A stretch of 64,000 nucleotides of DNA from Catajapyx aquilonaris (lineage: Eukaryota). The stretch spans positions 1 to 64,000 of the forward strand of contig KZ538359.1 in the NCBI GenBank assembly GCA_000934665.2. The letters are read 5' to 3'. The translations under genes were made by a program, and so were the position numbers. The notes under the pieces were generated by a model, which was given only the letters and a program-made list of their open reading frames with translations, did not search any database and was not told the DNA's origin. Each line of letters begins with the position of its first letter. Within the stretch, counting starts at the first letter, position 1. This document shows, in pieces, positions 13,401-25,400 of the stretch.

Positions 13401-16400
13401 AAAGACTATTAAAAAAGAGGGTCTGCCATGCTGATAGCTATGCAGGGCGAGGGAGAAAAAAAGAAGCCAGGGTATAAAAATTGGGCAGCTCGATAGTATA
13501 CCAACAATGAACTTAAAATATTGTTGACTAGGCTTTTGATACAACCAAAGGTAACTATACAAGTACAATGAAAGAAGAGAATAATATCAGGCGGGGACGG
13601 AGGAAAGAGCTGCCTTGGAGGATTTAGCATGTCATAATAATGGGGAAAGACGAGGGGGGGTCAAAAGGTTAGGAACAATGGTGGGGGGGTCACAGGCGAA
13701 AGAGAAAGAGACTCCAAGCTAGCAGCTCACACGAATCAAAAGAGTTTGCCGTCACGGAACTAACATTTGTTACACTCTCTGTACGACACGTGAAGTGGCA
13801 TATAAATAATTGGTAAGTGTAAGTGGGAAACTTTATGTGTGGAGCATTTGAGAGCAAAAAGAGGGCACAAAATGCAATTAATAAATGTTGCATATGTGCT
13901 GTAGACTATGAGCAAGAATCAGAATGCCAATGAGGCATTTAACATTTGTAATATTAATAATTTTGTTCAATAATTTGGCACCTTCAACAAAGCACTTTTG
14001 ATGTCTCTATATGTCGTGTTTTTTCTTCTTCAAATTTTGCTCAATTAATGTTTTAATATTATGGCCTGACTTTTCTTGGCGAATTTGTGCTATTTTGCTC
14101 ATGCACTCCACATTTGTGTACACAAACTGAGTATATAGCAGCAAGGCGCAAAAACGTTGACGAAAATAAACGCTAATCATAAGTTTCGAGTTAATGACAA
14201 AAAAATTTTTATTCTCCGACCGTCCCCTCCATCAGTTTGAGAGAACCCAATACTTTCTCTCCCAGAAAATCGCAATTACTGTTGTATCGAGCGAAGAATA
14301 ATAATTAAAAAGAAGCAAGGGGAGGGAGGGGGAGTGGAAAAATAGAAAGAGTGGGGGGTGTTGTTAATTAGCGATTCTGTGCTGCAGCCGAATAATGACG
14401 CCAAATTGAGGAGTTGAGAAGTTTGGGTGGAGGTGTCAAGGATAATACACACAGTCCAGACACAATCCAACACATAAACTGGATCAAAATATTATTTTGT
14501 ACGAGGTATTTGGTTTATGTCCAGTCTAATGAGTTTGTGCTCATCAGTAAGTACTTTGAGTTGTGTAGACCAATTCTTTCTAAACCATACAAAAGTTGTC
14601 TCCATTACACGAATTGGTTCTATAGACGTTTCAAAGGGGCAATTTCCAGTCGTCAACTCGTTGACCAAACTTGGCAACACTGCCCGGCCCTCCTCTCACT
14701 TGGACATAGTACGATATGCAACTTGCAGATGGCACACGCTACTGCCACTCTGAGAGAGAAAGCAGTACTACATACACCTAGGTGATGAGTCACCACGGAC
14801 AGAGTCTCGGCTAGCCCATTATATACACGATTCACAACTTTCAATTCGACCTCTAGCAGGCAATACTTTTGATAAATAAGGATCTTCCTCTCCAATTGAT
14901 TGATAGTGAAGATTTAATGAAAATTGACCTACTGTAGATGATTCTTTTTTACGAGTGCAGTGCGCATACACACTGGCGCAAGTCCATTGTTCCGACAACA
15001 GCGTTGCAACAGTTACGCCTCAGCAGGTAGCCTCTAAGGTTCGTTCAAGAGCCTTACGGCAACAGTCGGCCATATTGTTACCCCCTCAACACAATTTGCG
15101 CGAAATGTGTCAGAGTTACGGCGACCCGACCATAAAGGCCCCGCGCCAAGATTGCGCCAAGATTGCGCCAACATTGCTCCAAGATTGCGCCAAGATTGCG
15201 CCAAGATTTGCGCGAACTGTGTTGCGCACTCGGTTGCGCTCATTTACAAATCGTATATAACAGACATTTCATTAGATTTTTTTTCAGGATTTCAATATCA
15301 TGATTGTCTAGACAGTGTGGGGTGTCGATGATGAGGAATGGGAGGTATTATCTGGGTGTGAGGCCAAGGGTGTTTTCTTTGAGAAGGTTTTGTATAGGGT
15401 AAATGGGAAGAGCGAAAAGAAGTTAAGCTGTGGCAGAAGGCAGCTGATTGGGGTGTGGGTGATTTGAGGGATTTCAAGTTGGAAAGACGTGCCAGCAGCA
15501 GCAGCAGTTTGGATACCTCGGACGTGTACCCGTTTGGGCAGCTCGGGTGGAGTGAACGTGGGTTGTGGAGGGTGGTAGTCATCTGCAAAAAGAACCGAGA
15601 AGTGGAGAAGGAGAGCGCGAGGCCAGCCAACCAACCAACCAATCCCCTTTGCAGCAGGCCAGCCAGCCAACCAGCCAGCCCAACCAACCAGGGGGCAGGC
15701 GGCGGGCAGTCAGGGGAAGTTGAGGGGGAGGGAGGCGAGGGAGCGAGTACTCCCTGCGTCCTGTGGCCCCAGGGCAGTACTTATGCACTGCGCTCTCAAA
15801 CAGGTTAAATAATCCAACAAACCACGACAATCACAAACACAACGCTACATAGAACAGTATGATAAGTAAGTAGTATAGTCCACACCACAACATTGACATC
15901 AAAAAAGAGTGGCAGACCAGGGGGAGGGGCGGACCTCCACGAGAGAGTCACGATCAGGATTAGTCTGTGGCTGGGTCCAAGGGCTTCAAGTAGGAGTTTC
16001 CATGGACCTAGACAACTCCTGACTCTGTTTGGAGCAGTGCACAAAAGGTCCATGGAAACTGTATTACTCTATAGGAGGTTCATCAACAGTGCCCTTGGCG
16101 ACAGAAACATTCTCGTGAAACAACCCCTCCCCTGTCCTTTCTTTAACCCCCCATTCCTACCCATAACTAACCCCCAAATAATGGACCAATCAATAATACC
16201 CTTTCTAAGGACACAACTATTTCACATGCAGGGTTCAGGGGGGTGTACATGGGACAACCCTTTTTTTCGGTAACTATCCTATAGACTATGCTATGGACGA
16301 CTGTAGGAGAAGAGATCACATTGGGATATAGTTTTGGGAAAGTAAGGTGTTTACACCACACATGCTGGCGTGGAGTGCTGGGGGGTGACTTTTTCTTTTG

Positions 16401-19400
16401 CGGGGGGTGGGGAAGGATAGAGATGCACTCACTCCACTTACTTGAGAGGAGGGAGTAGTCCTCGCCTATGGTCCCATCAAGAGAACAAGGGAGGGTGGGG
16501 GGGAACGAAGAGTTTAGTGAGAGGAGCGCAGACAGAGAGAGACAGAGATAGACAGATATAAAAATAGAATAGACAGAGGCAGACAGAGAGAAATAAACGC
16601 CGCTAGGATTCTTTTTAAAAATATACATTTAAATTGAAATATTTGCCATCATGAAAGACAGATATTGCCTCTCACTACTTTTATAACATTTCAATGAAGC
16701 TATACTACCTCTACGGGGCCAGATCGGTTTTCTCCAAGAATAAGACTATCAGAACAGGAGAAAACCTTCAACTGCAATTTTATAGAGACTATATAGAAAC
16801 AGTGGAAGTAACCCTCATAACTAAAGAAGAGAGAGAAGAATATCTAAAAAAAAATGTGCGGGAGACAAATAGGTTGAGGCTCCCGCACATTTCCGGCAGT
16901 CACAAAGTTTTGAAGAGACGACACCGTTTTTTACGTGCGATCCAGCCAGAGAGAGGCGAGAGAAGAAGAGAGGATCGAGAGACAAAAAGAGTCATGCAAA
17001 ATATATTTGTGTGTAATATATGATTCCGGTCAGGGGCCCCACAGAACGATGCACACAGAAGCACACAGGTCATGAACAACTGCAGCATAAACCCATCATG
17101 GTGAGCCCCTGAGAAAAAGGAGTTTTTAAAGAAGGAAATGCATTATATTATGTAAAAAGAGGGAGGCTTGCGTGCATCTGGCATCAGTAAGGCAGCTCAT
17201 TGGAAGAAGGAAACGTCCAGAGAGAATGAAGGTGAGGTGAAAACTCGTAAAAATGTAATCAAATCACCAAAATTGTGATTAAGCCACAAAAGAATATCGG
17301 CTTTTTGATATATCGACACAGGCAAAATTTGATATTTTGATATATCGATACAGATTAAGGATATCGATACGAACAAAAGTTGATATTTAGATTTATCGAT
17401 ACAGATTAACAATTGATATATCGATACCGATTAACATTTTGATATATCGATACAGATTAACATTTTGATATATCGATACAAATGAAATGTGATATTGGAA
17501 TATATCGATACGAACAAAAGTTGATATTTAGATTTGTCGATACAAATTAACATTTCGATATATCGATACCGATTAACATTTTGATATATCGATACAGTTT
17601 GACGTTTTGATTTATCGATACAGTTTGACATTTTCATATATCGATACAGTTTGACAATTTGATATATCGATACGTACAAAATTTGGTATTTTGATTTATC
17701 GATAAAAACGAAATGTGACACGAATGTATCGATACATATTGTGAATTTGATATTTTCGGATATATCGATACACACAAAATTTGATACTTGGATATATCGA
17801 TACAAGCGAAAACTGATATCTTCATATAATATCACATAATTATGAATATTTCAATGAAATCGATGATATTTCGATACAAGTTAAATTTGATAGTTGGATA
17901 TACCGATGTGAATGATATGATTCCACACAATAACGTATGATATCCAATCCGACACTTTCACCTCTGGAATGAAGTGGTCGAGACAAACCTCGGCTCGTTT
18001 GGGCAGGTGATACCTGTCCAAATGGGGCCATTGTCAGGACCAGGAAGGAAAGAAGGAAGTGAGGAAGGAAAAAGCTGATGAATATCCAGAGGCTCTGATA
18101 CCTTATGAAAGAAGCGAGTGAGGAGGAAGATGGCGGCGACACAGCATGCATATTATAGTTATACACATCTCCTCTGCGACTGCCACCATGCAACAACACA
18201 ACAACAACTAACCACACGCACACACAACGGCGTCACGACACGACCTACGTACTGCAAACTATGTAAACGGGTTGAGTATAATTAACTGCCTGATGACATA
18301 AAACGGCCGCTACTTACTAAGGACTAGGGGATTCCACCAACCATCCAACCAACCAACCGGCTAGTATAAATATACAGGCATGCCCAGCAGTGCACCTTCC
18401 AGTCGAGTCATTTGATGCAACAATAGTCAGTCACAGCTGACTGTTGGTGTCCCCGCGTTTTTTTATTTTCCCCGAGTGTTGTCTTCCCCCTTTTGGTTTA
18501 ACTTTCCTTTCCTTCTCTTTCTCTCTCTCATCCTCTATGAATCTATTGTTGCTCCAAATGCTCCGCCGTCGACTCTATCGCGGCTAATTTGCACGCATAA
18601 TAAGACACTGACACCAAGTACGGACACAGCCTGAGGTGTCAGCCGTGGAGACACCACAAAATCACCTTTTCCCTCGACCTTCGCAAGCATGCTGCTCTCA
18701 TACAAACGATTGCGATTCCAAAAAAAAAGCTGGAATACTTCCAAAGGTAGCCATATGGCGCATAAGAGGTCAGCTGAACTCTGGATTGGCAGTTTCTGGT
18801 GCAATTAGGCCAAGTGCCAATTCCACCGTGGAAATCCCACAACTTGGCTCTCAAGGTATATCATTTGAACCCTTAGAAGCCAGAAAAGGGCGCAACAGAC
18901 TCGAATTACCTGCCCGACTTGGTTCATGTTGCCACAACCTGTAATTATTATTTGGTGCTCAAAAATGTTGGCGTAAATAATGCCATTTTGTGACCTAATC
19001 ACTGATTTTTTTGTCAATAAACAAAAGAAGCAGAAAATACAATAGGGTCATAATGGGCCAGAAGCAGCAGCAGCAGCAGGCTTGTGATGGCCATAAGGAG
19101 GCAGACAGTGAACAGCGAGACGCACGTACAGTTATATAGAGTATACAATGATTACGGTACGACAGAGGTGCAAGAGAAAGAGTACCCGGCACATGACTAA
19201 TGGGTCTAGTACGGTTATAATAAATAACATTGAGCGAGAGACAGCCACACGAAGGCTGGGGTGTAATGTAAATCTGCATTTAATAAGTACTGGTTCTGAC
19301 TTAAGTGAAAAAAGAAGGGGTACCTACTTGCCCGCCCTACGACCTGTACGGCCCTCACTCCCTTTCGAAACAGCGCCACTGACGGACCAACAGACCAAGG

Positions 19401-22400
19401 GAGCGATTTAAACACAGGGGAAAAAGATATAAAAAAGAGAGACAAAAGAAAAGAAGTGTGACCGTTAGTATATAGAGTGCCACGTGGATGACACGCGATT
19501 GATCGGGGAAGAAAAACTACATTGAATGACACCACCGAAGCCATTCTAGGATAGCAGCTTTTGGGCTTTTATAATATGAGACGCCTGGCTATATATTGAT
19601 GGAGAGCATGTCAACCAAACTCATTCATTCACCAGTCAGTCATCAGTCAATCAGTCGGTGTGAGTCAACCAATCGCATAATCATGCTGGCTGCAAACATC
19701 TCCATACTTTTATTGGCCAAACCCATCATCATCCCAAGCCAAACCTTATACTTGCTGGGAGCGACAACATGCCAGAGGTTTGAAATTAAAAATATATATA
19801 CGAAATGTAATGTAATACGGAAAAAACCAACCAAAAATGTACAGTATGTGTTGTATATTATATGGCTACTCACTTGCTTGGAAAGGTTTGGCAAGGAAAC
19901 TGCTCGCTGCCTTACTTGCCTCCCGGCTAGAATCTAAAAAAAAATTTCATTCCCAAAACGTGCTATCCCATCCAATGGCACACAAGAAGAGACAAGAAAT
20001 AGAGCAACAATACATCTTAATAAATCCCCCCCAACATATCCTATAGCATCGACCATAAAAATGTCCTTTTCTTTTCTCTTTTGTGTGTTGGGGGGAGGGC
20101 TTAGTTTCAGACACACACATCACACACACATAAAACAGACATATGTCAGCAGCACTTGAAGCGTTAGGAAATGCTGCAATCTGCACTAGAAAAAGATGGT
20201 ACCAGCCATAAAACGAACAATCAATAATAGAAAACTGATAATAATAATAATAATTCAATCAATCAATCAATCATGAAATGGAGACGGATAAACGCTGAAA
20301 CCCATCAGGCGGGCGGGGGCCTGTCGGTCCGCCTCGCCAAGCTGGGAGCAAAGGGCAAATACACAGTAAAAGCTGCTGAAAAAACGTATAATGGACCGGA
20401 GGAGGAATCCACGACATATTTTTCCTCTTTTTGGTATCATTGAATTTTTGGGGGGGTTCATCGGGAGCGTTCGAGGAAGAATTTATATCCAGTCCTTCAT
20501 ATACCCATTGCACCACTATACGGTACAATATTATTGAAGACAATTGTTTTAGAACCAAGTGATCTCCTGGGGCCTTATTCAGAGTCGTTCGCTAATGCAG
20601 CGCAAAAGTCAACTCTAACTAGTGCGACGCTAGGTCCGCATTAGCGCCACACTAGTTGCTCCCATTCAGAGTCGCCTCACTGCCTGCTTAGAGGAGCGCA
20701 CTAGGTTCGAACACTGCACTAAGTTTTGGCTTAATGCACCGCTTTAGGAGGATCGCACTAGGGCCGCACTAGGCATAAAGTGCGACTCTGCATACGACTT
20801 TTCTTAGTGAACTGGGTCACGTGGTTTAAAGCACTGCACTAACTTCTTGTTGTTGACTCTGAATACGGCCCCTGGAGTCAAGGTTTCATAGTCTTAAAAA
20901 CTGTTACGAAACATTAGGGTGAAGTTGTTGGGCAGCATATCATCTCAAAAGCGACCTCATCAGCGTAAAAAAAGTGCTTTCAATATTACTCCACAGAGGT
21001 GCAATATGACAAAAAAAGGACTGGATAAAACACACCATTTTATAGGCCCTCGTCCCAAAGAGTACATTTTTTTTGCACGCGAATTTGGCCGTTTATTACA
21101 CATATTTTCTGTTGGGAGGGAATAAGTGTGGCGTTCATTTTGCTCTCTCCGCATTGCCTGCTTCGAAACTTCGACGGGTTTAACATTCAGGTCTCGAACC
21201 AATAATGTAAGTCTCTCTCTCTGATCGCTTATTATTATTGAACCCGAGCTTATTAATTACGCAGCGCGTGTGCGTGCGTGTGAACACTTAAGTGAGTCTG
21301 CTTTTTTTAATGGTCCAGTCCAATGTATACTGTGGACGGACTGCTGACGGGGCCCATTGTAACGCCGCAGGAGGAAAACAAACAGACACATATATGAAAA
21401 CTATAACCTGACCAAACATGACAACTATTGACTTTTAAGGAGCTGATCATCTGGACTCTCAGAAGCTCTCTAACGATCAGACCTATGTCACTAATTAAAT
21501 CCCCGTAATAATGACGGAATTTGAATTAAACGCCTTTGGTCACTAGTTGCTATGTACACGTACAAAAACGTAACGTGTAAGTAAAACACTTTCCCGATGT
21601 GTACATCTACGTGTATGTAATTTGTTTAAATACAAAAGTACGTCACACGTTGAAGAAATGAAAATCTTTGCGTCCAGATTAATACTGCACTGCTTGGCAA
21701 AAAAGGACGTATGTACTCCATGCAATAAGGTCAAGTGTTCGATACGTCCGTCTCTGTCTATAGATTCTTGTCGAATTTAATACTTGCTGCTGCATCAGCC
21801 GGATGAGCACTCACAAGTCAGTCGAGTTCGTACAAGATTCCAGCCGAGCTGACGAAAAACATTCGACTATTACTTCAAGTGGCAGATACGACTTTTCAGC
21901 TAAGCAGGCCAGAACAGTTCGGATTTCGAAGCAGTGAGCACAAGGTGATTGATGAGGATGCTACATCGTAACGTGATGCGTGCCTAAGGGTGAATTGTAC
22001 TACACAACATGCTATAATACCAACAGGGGACATGGGACAGTCAGCAACGAGCTGCACTGGACAAGTACAAAGAAACAAAGGCAAAAACAGAGGAACGTGT
22101 AAGGCGATATACGATCTTGCGAGTTATTTCGCCCACTGCTTCTTCAAAAAGGGGGAAACCAAAATGAAGTTTTCCTCCCGCGACGTTTGGTTTGGACGAG
22201 GACGGCCCCAATCAATCAAGCAGCGAGAGAATGCTTCCAAGGCAGTGTGTAATAAGTGTGTTGTACAGACATATAAGATATATGTATGAGCTCCGTGCAC
22301 GGCGAGACTGGCCAACAAGCGCCACACCCTACCCTCTTGAGTGGCCGAAAACAGCGCTGGACTGCTCCTGACCATTCCTTGCTGCACCATCAGCATCCCC

Positions 22401-25400
22401 ACATCTGCAAAGGAGCATCACAAGGAAGCCCTACTTTCCCAACATCACATCATCAGCCCCCAATCTCTTTTTTTCTTTGGTAGAAAATTATAAATTAAAT
22501 TAAATCATATCGGTGTGTTCACATTTTTTGTTGACCCTAGGCAACAACAGATGTTTTGTCGACCCTAGGCAACAAAAAAAGTAGTGGCCTCGTGCACCGC
22601 CGCTACGAACTGACTTTTAACTTGTTCGTGAAAAAGTATTTGTGAGTGAGTGGGTGAAGTTCTTCTCTTCACAGCTACAATGGAAGGAACCGCATGAATA
22701 TTTCTTTTCACATCATAACGGAAAATGAGAGACACAAGAGAGAATGATAACAAAGAAAATTATTATGGTAAAAGCAGTACACACCTACTGGCCTACAAAG
22801 CTATGTACATATACTCACACCCACTGCACCCAACACCACCTGAGAACATCTGGTTAGTTTTCCATCCAAAGTTCATAACCCCCCCCCCCCCTCCAACAAC
22901 ATCACACTCCGATGCGAACGAACCCCAACCACCCCAACAGCAGCCATCGGGTTCATTATTATTATTATTATTATTATCATCATCATTAATCAACAACAAC
23001 ATAATATTATAGAGCCAAAAAAGAGTATACTGTATCAGCATTATAATATTTTTTTAAAGAAGGTAAGAAGAGGCCAAGAGACGTGTAAACAAGACGGGAA
23101 CTTACAGTTTTTGCACTTGCACTTCTTTATCAACGTTTCGTCCTTGCAGTCCTCGTGGCAAGCCTTGCAGTAAAACCACGCTCTGTAAAAGTAACACGAA
23201 GTTAGGCTACTTTATTCGATATACTATATAACCGATTTAATAACACTGTTATCTGATGTTACTGCCTGAATAAAACTGTTATCTTATGCCAATATTCTTG
23301 TTTGATAATCTGTTATATGATATAGCAGCGTTGATGACTGCTATCTGATATAAGTTAACTGCTTCGATAACTGTTATATGGTACAACTATTTTAATAACA
23401 GCTATATCATATATCAGTTATATGATATAACAGTTACTAGCAACTAATACAATATAACCATTATGAATAACCATTATTGTGCAAATTCTTTCAATAACTA
23501 TTTTCTGATATAACAGCTATTTAACCGGTTATATTATATAGCAGTTAGCAATAACTGTTGCCCAATATAACTGGTTTAATAACTGTTATCCAATATAACT
23601 TTTTAATAACTATTATCCAATATAACTGGTTTGAAAACAACTGTTATACGATGTAACTACTTTGATAACTGTTATACGATGTAACTACTTTGATAACTGT
23701 TATATGATGTAACTACTTTCATAACAACTGTTATCAGACATGACTGCTTTTAATAACTGATATTGGTATTTTAGGGTGTTACATATTAAGTCAGACAAAC
23801 TTCTAGGATGAGTTCGTGTGCAGGAGGCGATAAATTTATGTAGTGGCATCATATTGGTCTTAATTGAGAAAATTATGTTTAATTAGAATTTTCATAATTA
23901 TTGTACCAGTCTATGACACTTCCATCGTCTGCATGCCTGCAGCCTACTGCATGAGATTGACAAGTAGACAGACCCCCTTTTTGTTGAAAGAGCTTGATAA
24001 CAGTACTGTAGACAGGTCCACAAAAACAACTACTAGCCCACTGACCTTTTGACCTCGTCGGCTGACTGTGCGATGAAGAATCCCTGCGTGTTGGCGGTGA
24101 GCTTGACTCCTCTAGGATTAATGGAGATCTTGGAATCGACCCCGTCTTCAGCCTTGATCTCGATGGCCAGCAGCAAGAGCTTCAGTTTGGCAAAACACAA
24201 CCTACGTGGTGGGGCAGGGGGTGGGGGAGGGGACTAATAATAGTATGCCAACACGCATCTCTTTTTTGGAATGTGCAAGCATTTTTAAATGAAGAAGGTT
24301 TCACATTGAATACAGGGTGTTCGCAAAGTCACAACCGCCTACGGTGCCATAATTTTGAACACTTTCCATTAATTGAATTCTTTTCGAGCAAGACTCTATG
24401 AACACCCTGATAAAAGCTGTTATATGAGTGCTTGGTAAGCCAACATGTGCTCATGCAAAGTGTGCTCAAACAACAACAAGCTGCATTCTAGAGAAGCATC
24501 GAGTAAACACTGAACAAAAAAACAGAAGAGAGGGAAATGGAAGGAGAAGAGAGCTCTCAAAAGAGGAAATATAAGAAAGTGAAGGAAAAGTGAAAAAGTA
24601 GCCCTGCTGTCTGAAGGGGTCCAAACATACTATGCTGCATGTGATGATGCTGCGGTGATGGGTCTAGTGAGCGTAATAATATTACAGTAGCCTACAAGGC
24701 CCAAGAAAAAAAATAATTATTAGCCAGGGTTGTACATTGCAAACGTGTTTCTTTCCTTCCGTGACTTTTGTTGAGTGTATTTTCGGCGAAGGTGTGACTA
24801 TGTATCTACTGTTCTACGGGTCTATTGCAGGACATGTGATTGTGTGGATCATGCGAGGAGCGCGTGGGTCAATTGCTAAACACACTGTGACCGAACTTTC
24901 AAATCAGACGTCTAATTAGTTTTGTCTTTAACATTGCCCACATATGTGATGTTAATTACCGCGATTTTCAGGTGTGACCCCAGTGGCAAGAGTGTTGACC
25001 TGAAATGCAGAGCCATGGCCACATTTTATTACAATACACATCGTATGCTGACCTCGAATGGTAAATTTTTCTGCGTTTCAGGTCTAAGTGTGCATTTATG
25101 TATGGTTGTGTGTGAGGTGTGTGTAGCTTTTTTTCGGGCATACGGTGCAGAGAATAATAATAATAATAAAGAGTATTGTTGAGATTGCAGGCTGGAGCAG
25201 AGTCAGCAGGACTTACTCTGAGGCCTGCGGGAAAGTCATCCCCGTGAAGGAAGGGGAAAGCGTTTCCGTGTACATCTCGCATCCCGTCCCTTGAAGATAG
25301 TCATTCTGCCAAGCCTGCATATCAGGGGACTGCAAAGGAAATATAAAAAAAAGACGAGGGGGGAGACAAAAAGGGGGGGTTGGTTGGTATAGGTTTCGAG

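Noticed and set aside
17093..17108. Good acceptor (CTCCTTTTTCTCAG) in the linker region
   Set aside because: No convincing phase-compatible donor follows, so I left it uncalled.
17197..17835. ORFs rich in CIDISKY and YRYI motifs
   Set aside because: Translation of the ATATCGAT minisatellite.
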